A stretch of DNA of 64,000 nt from Candidatus Latescibacterota bacterium. GTDB taxonomy: Bacteria; Latescibacterota; UBA2968. Positions 39,650 through 48,537 of the stretch are shown here, piece by piece (within the stretch, counting starts at the first letter, position 1; every line of letters begins with the position of its first letter). A model generated the notes under the pieces. That model saw nothing but the letters and a program-made list of their open reading frames with translations. It was not told the origin of the DNA and searched no databases. A program made the translations under genes and the position numbers. Where the stretch lies: assembly GCA_965204745.1 (NCBI GenBank), contig OZ242010.1, positions 992,001 to 1,056,000 on the forward strand, written 5' to 3'.

Positions 39650-40873
39650 ATGGAACAACTCGCCATCAACGGCGGGCCAAAGGCCAAATCCGTGCCTTAC
39701 AACCAGCCCAACAAATACACCGGCGACGAACGCGCCTTGTTACTCGAAGTCCTCGACTCGGGCAAACTCATGGGGCCGGGGGGCAAAGTCGCGGCCTTTG
39801 AGGCTGACGTGTGCCGCGCATTTCAGGTCAACCACGCCATCATGGTCACCTCTGGCACCGCGGCCTTGCAAACGGCCTTGGTCGCGCTCGGGGTTGTCGA
39901 AGGCGATGAGGTCATCACCACGCCCATGACCGACTTTGGCACGACCTCGGCCATCCTCGCCCTGCACGCCATCCCGGTCTTTGCGGACATCGACCTGGCG
40001 ACCCGCCTGCTCGATCCGCAAAAAGTCCGGAAAAAAATCACGCCCAAAACCCGCGCCATCATCACCGTACACATGGCCGGTATGCCCTGCGACATGGCGG
40101 TATTCCAGCGCATTGCCGAGGAAACCGGGGTCAAACTCCTCGAGGATTGCGCGCAAGCCCACGGCGCGACCTATCGCGGACACTTCGTCGGTTCGCTAGG
40201 CCACGCGGCCGGATTTTCCATGAACGAATCCAAACAACTCTCCACGGGCGACGGCGGCTATGTCACCACCAACGACGACACCACCGCTGACATCGCCCGC
40301 CTCTTTCGGGACAAAACCTATTTGCGCGACGAAAAACGCGAACGCGGCGCACAACCCATTCCCTTTTTCGGCGCGAACCTGCGCCCCACCAATTTGCAAG
40401 CCGCCATTGCCATAGCCCAACTCCGCAAACTCGAGGGCCTCATGGCCCGCCGCGACCAAATCGCGCGCCGCTACATCGCCGAACTCGGGCACTTGCCCCA
40501 CCTCGACTTTCCCAAAATCGCGGCCAACGCCCAACCCTCGTGGTGGCCCCTCGCCATTCGCTACACCGGCACTGCACCGACCCGAGACGAACTCGTCGCC
40601 GTCCTCCGCGCCGAAGGCATTCCCATCAACACCAGCATGTCCGCGGTGAAAAACATCCTGCGCGCCGAGGTCATTCAAAAACGCAAGTACTACCCACTCA
40701 CAGACGCCATCCCGAGCTTCTGGCAAAACACCGCGTACAACCCCGACGACTGCCCCAACGTAGATGCCCTACAAGCCACCTGCCTCCGCCTGCCCATCGA
40801 TGAACGCCACGCGGACCGAGACATCGCCCAAACCATCGCAGGCGTGAAAAAAGTCTGGGCGCACTATTTTTGA
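39650..40873 (+). CDS. DegT/DnrJ/EryC1/StrS PLP-dependent aminotransferase
   Basis: LAINGG, TSGTAAL, EDCAQAHG, FSMNESKQLSTGDGG. Confidence 0.93.
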   Translation: MEQLAINGGPKAKSVPYNQPNKYTGDERALLLEVLDSGKLMGPGGKVAAFEADVCRAFQVNHAIMVTSGTAALQTALVALGVVEGDEVITTPMTDFGTTSAILALHAIPVFADIDLATRLLDPQKVRKKITPKTRAIITVHMAGMPCDMAVFQRIAEETGVKLLEDCAQAHGATYRGHFVGSLGHAAGFSMNESKQLSTGDGGYVTTNDDTTADIARLFRDKTYLRDEKRERGAQPIPFFGANLRPTNLQAAIAIAQLRKLEGLMARRDQIARRYIAELGHLPHLDFPKIAANAQPSWWPLAIRYTGTAPTRDELVAVLRAEGIPINTSMSAVKNILRAEVIQKRKYYPLTDAIPSFWQNTAYNPDDCPNVDALQATCLRLPIDERHADRDIAQTIAGVKKVWAHYF

Positions 40874-40896
40874 TCGCGGCTTCTGGAAAATTAACC

Positions 40897-42165
40897 ATGT
40901 TCAAATACCTCGCCATCCTTTGTCTGATTGCCGCGCCTGCGTGGGGGCAAATTGGGCATGAGATCGAAAATATCGAAGTGCGTGGGAATGAGAAAACTCG
41001 CGTTGAAATCATCCGGCAGGTCTTGCCCATCAAAATTGGGGACGACCTGCGCGAGGGAGATCTGGACCGCTGCCGCGTGGTGCTGGAGCGGTTGTCGCTG
41101 TTTCGCACGGTCTTTGTCAACGTGAAGCCCGGCACGCGACGAGGCCATGCCATTCTCGTGATCTACGTGCGGGAAAAACGCTTTGGCACGCTGGACGGCA
41201 GTCTCGAATATTCCGAGCTCGACGGCTTTGGCTTGGTCACCGATGCTCATTACGCCAATCTGCGCGGGGAGGGCAAGGTGATCGGCGCGGCGTATGGGTG
41301 GCGCGAGCGCCTGAAATACTGGGGGTTTCGGTACGCGGACCCGCTCTTTCTCCAAACCGACCATGCGTTTCATGTCCAAGTTACGGGGTCTTCTGCGGAC
41401 CGGGACATCTTTCGGCACTCAAACTCGGACATCCGCGGGCGATACGACCTCGAGCGCATTGGCTTTGCCGTAGGCGTCGGGCAACCCTCGCCGCTGCGCG
41501 CGTACCACTTCGTCTTGAACTACGCTTTTGAAGCCATCCAAATCGGCGCGTTTCAACGCCCTAGCATCGTCACAGGAGACGGGGTTTTCGCCGATGAAAT
41601 CGCAGACGCCGAGGGCAGGGAACAACTCTCCACGCTCTCATTGCACTTGTTCAAACAACCCACGGGCGCGACATGGGGGCACGGCACGGATTTCAACACC
41701 CGCCTCAGTTTGTCGTCCAAAGTGCTCGGCTCGGTTGCCAATTTTGCCAAACTCCGCGTGGAACTCCATCGGCAACAACACTTGGTTGCCGGGCACAGCT
41801 TCTCGGTGGGGGTCAAAGCAGGGGGCATTTTGGGGCATCCGCCGTTTTACGAACGCTTTTACATGGATGGGGACAACCAACTCCGGGGGGTTGAACGCCG
41901 CGTGATTGGGCCTGAAGGCGGCACCCTGTTTTTTGCTACCGAAGCCCTGTACGCCGTGGCTATCAAACCCCTAGGGCGGGTGTATGCCTTTGCCGAAAGC
42001 GGCGGGGTATTGCGCTTTGTGAACGCCAACAGTCGGCGCGATGCGGGCACGGCGTTTGGCGTGGGCTTGTTGCTCTTCAACCGCGTGGACATCAGCTTTG
42101 GGATCAACACGGGCACCCTGATCGTCAAATCGCATCGCTTTATCAAGGGCGGCATTGGTCTGTGA
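40897..42165 (+). CDS. Omp85/BamA-TamA-type outer membrane protein with single POTRA domain
   Basis: Signal peptide; IEVRGNEKTR POTRA; NLRGEG; RFYMDGDNQLRG loop-6 motif. Confidence 0.8.
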   Translation: MFKYLAILCLIAAPAWGQIGHEIENIEVRGNEKTRVEIIRQVLPIKIGDDLREGDLDRCRVVLERLSLFRTVFVNVKPGTRRGHAILVIYVREKRFGTLDGSLEYSELDGFGLVTDAHYANLRGEGKVIGAAYGWRERLKYWGFRYADPLFLQTDHAFHVQVTGSSADRDIFRHSNSDIRGRYDLERIGFAVGVGQPSPLRAYHFVLNYAFEAIQIGAFQRPSIVTGDGVFADEIADAEGREQLSTLSLHLFKQPTGATWGHGTDFNTRLSLSSKVLGSVANFAKLRVELHRQQHLVAGHSFSVGVKAGGILGHPPFYERFYMDGDNQLRGVERRVIGPEGGTLFFATEALYAVAIKPLGRVYAFAESGGVLRFVNANSRRDAGTAFGVGLLLFNRVDISFGINTGTLIVKSHRFIKGGIGL

Positions 42166-42172
42166 GGCAAAG

Positions 42173-42781
42173 ATGGCGCGGTTCAATATTCCAATGCTCA
42201 TCGCATGTCTGCTCGCGACCTGTCAGCCCGCATTTGCACAGCACATCCCGCAAGACAGCCTGCATGTGTATGTGCAATCCGATACCTTGCGCGTGGATGC
42301 GACGATCGCGGCCCTGTTTTCCAAACGGGCCATCGACGCGATAGAATCGGGCATGACCACGTCGATCTCCGTGCAATTTCGCCTGCGAACCGGGCGCGGG
42401 GAACAAGTGGGGCAACGCGGCCTGATCTCGCGCTTGGAACACGATATTTGGGAAGGGGAATACCGCCTCATCCGACAAGCCGCGCGGGCAGACACGCTGA
42501 GAACCTCTGATTTTGAGGACATTCGCCGCGCATGCTCTGAACTTCAGGGGATAGACTTGGGCGCGTTCCCCCTGCCCAAGGTGCCCCTTACCCTGCAAGT
42601 GCGGCTAGACGTGAATCCGATTTCGCCAGAACAGCAAGCGCGCACGCGGCGGTGGCTCAAAATTTTGGAAAAGGGCAGTTATCTCGAATTTTTTTATTCG
42701 CTGGACAGAACCCCATCTGCGGACTGGATTGACGTGATACAATTCCGCCCGAGCGCGCTTCCGCATCTTTTAGAAAAATAA
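42173..42781 (+). CDS. DUF4390-like exported protein
   Basis: Signal peptide, AIESGM, LEHDIWEGEY; directly upstream of NtrY/NtrX-like pair. Confidence 0.65.
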   Translation: MARFNIPMLIACLLATCQPAFAQHIPQDSLHVYVQSDTLRVDATIAALFSKRAIDAIESGMTTSISVQFRLRTGRGEQVGQRGLISRLEHDIWEGEYRLIRQAARADTLRTSDFEDIRRACSELQGIDLGAFPLPKVPLTLQVRLDVNPISPEQQARTRRWLKILEKGSYLEFFYSLDRTPSADWIDVIQFRPSALPHLLEK

Positions 42782-42962
42782 AAGTGACGAGGGAATGAGG
42801 ACAGGCATGAGGGCCTGGCCCTACGGGTGATGGTAGTCAGTGGTCAGCCCCCGCCTGACCCTACCAGTAGTCAGTCCCCGCCTGACCCTACCGCCCAAGT
42901 AGTCAGTAGTCAGCCCCCGCCCGCGCCCCACCGCTATGTTCGTTAGAATTAGTCAACTGCCA

Positions 42963-43293
42963 ATGCGAATTAAGAGTAGAAAGCGAGTAGGAAGCAAGCC
43001 GAGACCAATCGCCCAAAGACATGGACGAGTCATCCGGCGCCTCTCCGCAACGAGAGATGTTCTTCCCCTTCCTCGTAGGACCTATCCCCCCGGCCCCCTT
43101 TCCTACAAGGAAAGGGGGAGCGCATGGCTTTTTGAAGGTTTGTCTCCCTGGCTGTTCTGATGGCTTTGAGCGAATAGATCACGCCCTGGAAACCCAAACC
43201 CCTCGCACAACCTCTCGCCATTCCCCCCTTCCTCACAGGAAGGGGGGCCAGGGGGGTAGGTCCCAATAAATGGATTCAACGCTTTATTCGCAT
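42963..43293. mobile_element. IS982-derived miniature element (both IS ends, transposase replaced by palindromic repeat)
   Basis: atgcgaattaagagtagaaagcgag matches 62550 end; tggattcaacgctttattcgcat matches 63511-63533 end. Confidence 0.8.
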
Positions 43294-43348
43294 TGACAAC
43301 TGACAACTGACAACTGACCCTCTCACGCCTTACTCATGGAGACACACC

Positions 43349-44785
43349 ATGAAAGCTCTCCCTTTGCGGTGGCGCATCATCGCCGCGCTGATCGGTCTGG
43401 CCTTGGGCACGACGCTCGCGCTTACCCTGCTCGCACGCTACTTCTTGGCATTGAGTCTTCAGACGAGCGTCAATGTCGAGATGGGCAGTGCGTTGACCAG
43501 CGCGCTCGCGTTGGCAAAAGAGAATTACGACTCGAAAAAGCGGCAACTTCAGGACGTTGGGCATCTCTTGTCCACGCCGCCTCATCGGGACCGAGACGCG
43601 CTGCATGCCGCATTTGCAAATGCCGGGTTGGAGGATCTGACCCTGCGGATCGTGCCCGTGGAACAGGTCGAAACCGATCTCACGCATGGCCCGGTGGTCT
43701 CCAAAGTGGCGGACGATCAACTCCGACTCGTCCTGGTGCTGCCGGACTCACAGCGGGCCTTGATCGCGCTGCATTCGCTCGCCGCGCTCACCGAGGTCAA
43801 AAATGCCGTGCATACTTACAAGCACATCGAAATGGCAGAGGGCGAGTTGCGGACGGCCTTTTTGCTCGCGTTTCTCGTCGCCGCGGCCGGCGTTGTGATT
43901 CTCGCATGCGTGATCGGCATTCGCATTGGCTTTGGGATCACGCGGCCCTTGCACGCCTTGTTGAAAGGCACGCGGGAAATGGCGCGCGACAACTTGCAAT
44001 ACCGCATCCCCAACAACCGGGATGACGAGATCGGGGTGCTGATCGAATCGTTTAACCAGATGGCGCAAGACCTCGTGGAAAACAGGCGCAAGCGCGTGGA
44101 AGCCGAGCAAATCGCAGCGTGGCGGGAAATCGCGCGGCGGTTGGCGCACGAAATCAAAAATCCCCTGACGCCCATTCAACTCGCGGTGCAACAGATGCGC
44201 GACAAGTACGCGGGCGACGACCCGGAGTATCAGCGCTTTGTGACCGACTGCACGGAAATCGTCACAGAAGAAGTCACGACGCTGCGCTCTTTGGTCGAGG
44301 AATTTGCCAATTTCGCGCGCATGCCGTCTCTGTCGCTCGCGCCGAGCGATCTCAACAAGAGCGTGCGCCGCGTTGTTCGCCTGTACCCGGATGCGCGCAT
44401 TCACCTCGACTTGGCGGACGACCAACCCCTGCTCGAACTCGACTCGGAGCAGATGCGCCGCGTGTTGATCAATTTGATAGAAAACGGCATTGACGCCTCG
44501 GGCAAAAACGGGCAGATCACCATTCGCACGCACGGGGATGGGGAGACATCGATCCTCTCGGTCATCGACAGCGGGCCGGGCGTGCCCATCGCGGATCGCG
44601 CGCGCATTTTTCAACCCTACATTTCCACCAAGGAAAGCGGGATGGGCTTGGGCCTTGCGGTCGTACGCAACATTGTGGAAGACCACGGCGGGCACATCTC
44701 GGTGACGGACGCGCCCACGGGTGGAGCGCAGTTCGACCTTCAACTTCCCATTCCGGACATCGCGCAAACAGAGGAACGACCATGA
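43349..44785 (+). CDS. NtrY-like HAMP sensor histidine kinase
   Basis: Two TMs, HAMP, AWREIARRLAHEIKNPLTPI H-box, N/G1/G2 boxes. Confidence 0.92.
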   Translation: MKALPLRWRIIAALIGLALGTTLALTLLARYFLALSLQTSVNVEMGSALTSALALAKENYDSKKRQLQDVGHLLSTPPHRDRDALHAAFANAGLEDLTLRIVPVEQVETDLTHGPVVSKVADDQLRLVLVLPDSQRALIALHSLAALTEVKNAVHTYKHIEMAEGELRTAFLLAFLVAAAGVVILACVIGIRIGFGITRPLHALLKGTREMARDNLQYRIPNNRDDEIGVLIESFNQMAQDLVENRRKRVEAEQIAAWREIARRLAHEIKNPLTPIQLAVQQMRDKYAGDDPEYQRFVTDCTEIVTEEVTTLRSLVEEFANFARMPSLSLAPSDLNKSVRRVVRLYPDARIHLDLADDQPLLELDSEQMRRVLINLIENGIDASGKNGQITIRTHGDGETSILSVIDSGPGVPIADRARIFQPYISTKESGMGLGLAVVRNIVEDHGGHISVTDAPTGGAQFDLQLPIPDIAQTEERP

Positions 44786-46146
44786 GCCAGAATATCCTCA
44801 TCATCGACGACGAGAGAAATATCCGCCGCACCTTGGACATGATCTTATCCGGCGAGGGGTACCGGGTCTTTGCCTGCGCGTCCGGGCACGAAGGCTTGGG
44901 CGTGTTGCAAAAAGAACCCATCCACATGGTCTTGCTCGATATCGTGATGCCGGAAATCAACGGCCTCGACCTGTTGCCCAAACTCCTCGCGGCGCGCCCG
45001 GACCTGGCGGTTGTGGTGATTTCCGGCCACGGCAATGTGCAAAACGCAGTGCGCGCCATCAAATTGGGCGCGTACGATTTTTTGGAAAAACCCCTCTCGC
45101 GGGATAGGGTGCTCGTGGCGGTCTCGCGGGCCTTGCAAACGCAGGAACTCGCGGCGGAAAACCGCGACCTCAAACAACAAATCGAAAGCCGCTACGAGAT
45201 GGTGGGCAACAGCCGCGCGCTGACGGACATTCGCAGCCAGATTGCGCGCGTCGCGCCGACCAATGGGCGCGTGCTGATTTTGGGCGAGAGCGGCACGGGC
45301 AAGGAACTCATCGCACGCGCGGTTCACAAGATGAGCCGCAGGGCGGACGAGCCATTTATCAAAGTGAACTGCGCGGCCATTCCGGAAGACCTCATCGAAA
45401 GCGAGTTGTTTGGGAGCGACCGCGGCGCGTTTACCGGGGCCGTAAAAACGCGAGATGGGAAGTTTTTGCAAGCCGATGGGGGCACGTTATTCCTGGATGA
45501 GATCGGGGATATGAGCCTGTCCGTGCAGGCCAAGGTGTTGCGCGCGCTCGAGCAAGGGGAATTTGAGCGGGTGGGTGGAGAGAAAACGTTTCGCGTGGAT
45601 GTGCGCGTGATCGCGGCGACAAACAAGGAGTTGCACGCCGAAGTGGCGCGGGGCACGTTTCGGGAAGACCTGTATTTTCGCCTCAATGTGGTGCCTTTGA
45701 CCGCGCCGCCATTGCGAAAACGCCGCGAGGACATCCCGGAGTTGGCCGACCATTTCTTGACCACTTATGCAGAGGAAAACGGATTTTTGCCCAAGAAATT
45801 GGCAACAGATGCGCGGGAGATGCTGTTGCACTACGACTGGCCCGGCAACATCCGCGAATTGAAAAACCTGGTCGAACGCCTCTCGATCATGGTTTCAGGC
45901 GACGCGATCTACGCCCGGGATTTGCCCGCGCTAGAGGGGATGAACGCGCCGCGTCCGGACGACGCCATCCCCGGACTCGGCCCGGGGAAATCGCTCCGTC
46001 AGGTGCGCGAAGCCGTCGAGCGGCACTACATCGCCGCCGCACTCGATCAACACGACTGGAACATCACGCACGCAGCCCATGCCCTGGGCATTGAACGCAC
46101 CAACTTGCACAAGAAAATCAACTATTACGCGCTGGAGAGGCGATAG
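44782..46146 (+). CDS. NtrX-like sigma54-dependent response regulator
   Basis: REC domain, GESGTGKE, GAFTGA, FLDEIGD, Fis-type HTH. Confidence 0.95.
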   Translation: MSQNILIIDDERNIRRTLDMILSGEGYRVFACASGHEGLGVLQKEPIHMVLLDIVMPEINGLDLLPKLLAARPDLAVVVISGHGNVQNAVRAIKLGAYDFLEKPLSRDRVLVAVSRALQTQELAAENRDLKQQIESRYEMVGNSRALTDIRSQIARVAPTNGRVLILGESGTGKELIARAVHKMSRRADEPFIKVNCAAIPEDLIESELFGSDRGAFTGAVKTRDGKFLQADGGTLFLDEIGDMSLSVQAKVLRALEQGEFERVGGEKTFRVDVRVIAATNKELHAEVARGTFREDLYFRLNVVPLTAPPLRKRREDIPELADHFLTTYAEENGFLPKKLATDAREMLLHYDWPGNIRELKNLVERLSIMVSGDAIYARDLPALEGMNAPRPDDAIPGLGPGKSLRQVREAVERHYIAAALDQHDWNITHAAHALGIERTNLHKKINYYALERR

Positions 46147-46350
46147 CCACAAGAGGCAAGAGGCAAGAGGTAAGAGGCAAGAGGCAAGAGGCAAGAGGCA
46201 AGACGTAAGAGGCAAGACGTAAGATGGGATTTTAGCCACGAGTGGGGTACAACTGGCGATAGCTAGTTCAAAGGCACGAGCGGGGATAGCCACAAAAGGC
46301 ACAAAAGGCACAAAAGGGGTACAACTGGCGATAGCTAGTTCAAGGGGGGC
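46147..46350. repeat. Composite intergenic repeat cluster (GAGGCAA)n, (CACAAAAGG)n and two copies of gggtacaactggcgatagctagttcaa
   Basis: Direct reading. Confidence 0.8.
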
Positions 46351-46533
46351 AATCGCACGACCTTTTCTGTACCCTTATTTGAAGGGGAAAAACTTCTGAC
46401 CTCGTAATCGCTAAATTTGGATCGTTCTTAAAAAGACGCGAAGGGGAGATGATCCAACGCCGGATGAAATTCAGTGCGCGATGAAGGAGTGACAGTTAGC
46501 GCGAGGCGGTTCATCGATGAGATGGAGGATGAG

Positions 46534-47508
46534 ATGGAGTATGTCAATTTTGGTTCTGCGGGTGTGAAGGTGAGTCGGTTGGCATTGGGCTTGGGGTTTC
46601 GCGGGCAGGCGGATGAGGCAGACGGTCAAGCGGTGATCGAGCGGGCGATTGATCTGGGCGTCAACCTGATCGATTGCGCCAATACGTATGGGCCCGGGGA
46701 TGACCGCACGCATGTCGGGCGTTCCGAAGTCGTGTTGGGCAAGGCTTTGAAGGGCAAGCGGGACGATGTGGTGGTCACGTCAAAAGTGTGCAGCCGGATC
46801 GGCGCGGGGCCAAATGACCATGGCCTGTCCCGGTATCACATCATGCGGGAAGTGGAGCGGTCTTTGCGCCGCTTGGACACCGATCATATCGACGTGTACC
46901 TCGTACATCATATCGACGACTCGACACCGATAGAAGAAACCGCACGGGCCTTGGACGATCTCGTACATCAAGGCAAGGTGCGATACATCGGGTGTTGCAA
47001 CCACGCGGCGTGGCAAGCGTGCAAGGCGTTGTGGGTTCAGCACGCCTTGAAGCTGACGCCGTATATGTGCATGCAAAACCCGTACAATTTGCTATACCGC
47101 GCACTGGAGCGAGAGGTTTTTCCATTTGTGCGGAGCGAGGGGTTGGGCATCATGGTCTATAGCCCGTTGGCCGTGGGAATGTTGAGCGGATTTTACAAAC
47201 CGGACGCGCGCCCACCCGAAGGCTCGCTGTGGGCAAAGCGCTGGAGGGGGCGATACGAAACCATGATGGCGGGCGCAGAGGGCAGGGCCATCGCCACCTT
47301 GTTCGAGGTGGCGGATGAACTGGGCAAAACACCCGCGCAGGTGGCCTTGGCCTGGGTCTTGTCGCATCCCGAAGTGACGGTGGCGATTACCGGGGGCGAT
47401 ACGGTTGCCCATTTGGAAGACAATATCGGGGGCGTGGGCTGGCGATTGGACGATGCGTTGCGCGCACGGTTGGATGCGGTTTCCGAAAACTTAGAGTCCG
47501 GGCGATAG
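46534..47508 (+). CDS. Aldo/keto reductase
   Basis: IDCANTYG, SLRRLDTDHID, GKVRYIG, YSPLAVG. Confidence 0.93.
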   Translation: MEYVNFGSAGVKVSRLALGLGFRGQADEADGQAVIERAIDLGVNLIDCANTYGPGDDRTHVGRSEVVLGKALKGKRDDVVVTSKVCSRIGAGPNDHGLSRYHIMREVERSLRRLDTDHIDVYLVHHIDDSTPIEETARALDDLVHQGKVRYIGCCNHAAWQACKALWVQHALKLTPYMCMQNPYNLLYRALEREVFPFVRSEGLGIMVYSPLAVGMLSGFYKPDARPPEGSLWAKRWRGRYETMMAGAEGRAIATLFEVADELGKTPAQVALAWVLSHPEVTVAITGGDTVAHLEDNIGGVGWRLDDALRARLDAVSENLESGR

Positions 47509-47620
47509 GATTTAAGAATCGGGTAAGACGTAAGAGGCAAGATGTGCGTGTTGACCGAGCGAACACGGGCGATCAAAAAATTGGGCTTTCGGCTATGCCA
47601 GGTTAATTTTTCTGATCGGT

Positions 47621-48412
47621 ATGAGGATTGCTATGTGCCAGGATTTTTCGGGTATTTTGGAAGAAATGACGATTGACGACGTGCGTTCCCTCGCGCCCAA
47701 TGTCGCGGTGATCCCCATCGGCTCTACCGAACCCCACGGGCCTGCATTGCCCTACGGCACGGACAATTTTCAGGTGGAATACGTGGCGCACCGGGGCACG
47801 CGAAAAGCCAATGAATGGGGTGGGCGCGTTTTGTGTTTGCCCACGCAACGGGTGAGTTTGAACAACAATTTTCGCGCTTTTCCGTTTGCGTGCCGAATGC
47901 AGGTTCAGACGTTTATGAATTTGCTGACCGACCTAGTCTCGATGTGCCGCGCAGAAAATGTCCACCGCATCGCGTTCATCAATGGTCACGGCGGCAACCC
48001 CGACGTCATTCGCGCAGTGCAACGCGACTTGGCCGCCCGGGATGGCTTGTTCACCTGTATGATTGGCACGGGGTCTTGTGCGTCCGCAGAAGCGCGGGGA
48101 GTTTGGGAAAATCGCAGCGATCACGCGGGCGAAGAAGAAACTTCGCAGGTGATGTTCTTGCGCCCCGAACTCGTGCGCGAAGATCGGATCGCCGACAACC
48201 CGCCTCAGCATCCCAAGTTGAAGACCTTGCGGGAATTTCCCGTGGATTTCGTGCGCCCCTGGCACCTGTACTTGCCCACCTCTGCTGGCGGCGACGCACG
48301 AAAAGCCTCGGCCCAAAAAGGTGAAACGGTCCTCAATTCAGCGGTACAAGGCACGGCGCGGTTGTTGCTCGACCTGTCACAGGCGGAAGATTCAGAGACA
48401 TTTCCGTATTAG
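47621..48412 (+). CDS. Creatininase/creatinine amidohydrolase family
   Basis: PIGSTEPHGPALPYGTD, NGHGGN, DHAGEEETS. Confidence 0.9.
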   Translation: MRIAMCQDFSGILEEMTIDDVRSLAPNVAVIPIGSTEPHGPALPYGTDNFQVEYVAHRGTRKANEWGGRVLCLPTQRVSLNNNFRAFPFACRMQVQTFMNLLTDLVSMCRAENVHRIAFINGHGGNPDVIRAVQRDLAARDGLFTCMIGTGSCASAEARGVWENRSDHAGEEETSQVMFLRPELVREDRIADNPPQHPKLKTLREFPVDFVRPWHLYLPTSAGGDARKASAQKGETVLNSAVQGTARLLLDLSQAEDSETFPY

Positions 48413-48537
48413 CAGACAGCAGTCAGTGCGCTCAACTCCCCTTCGGTGAGACGTGAGACGGACGAGGTGAGGCACCCCCGCCACCGCCCAAGTTGTCAGT
48501 AGCCAAAGGAAGCATAGTATCAAGAGGTGTTCATCCC

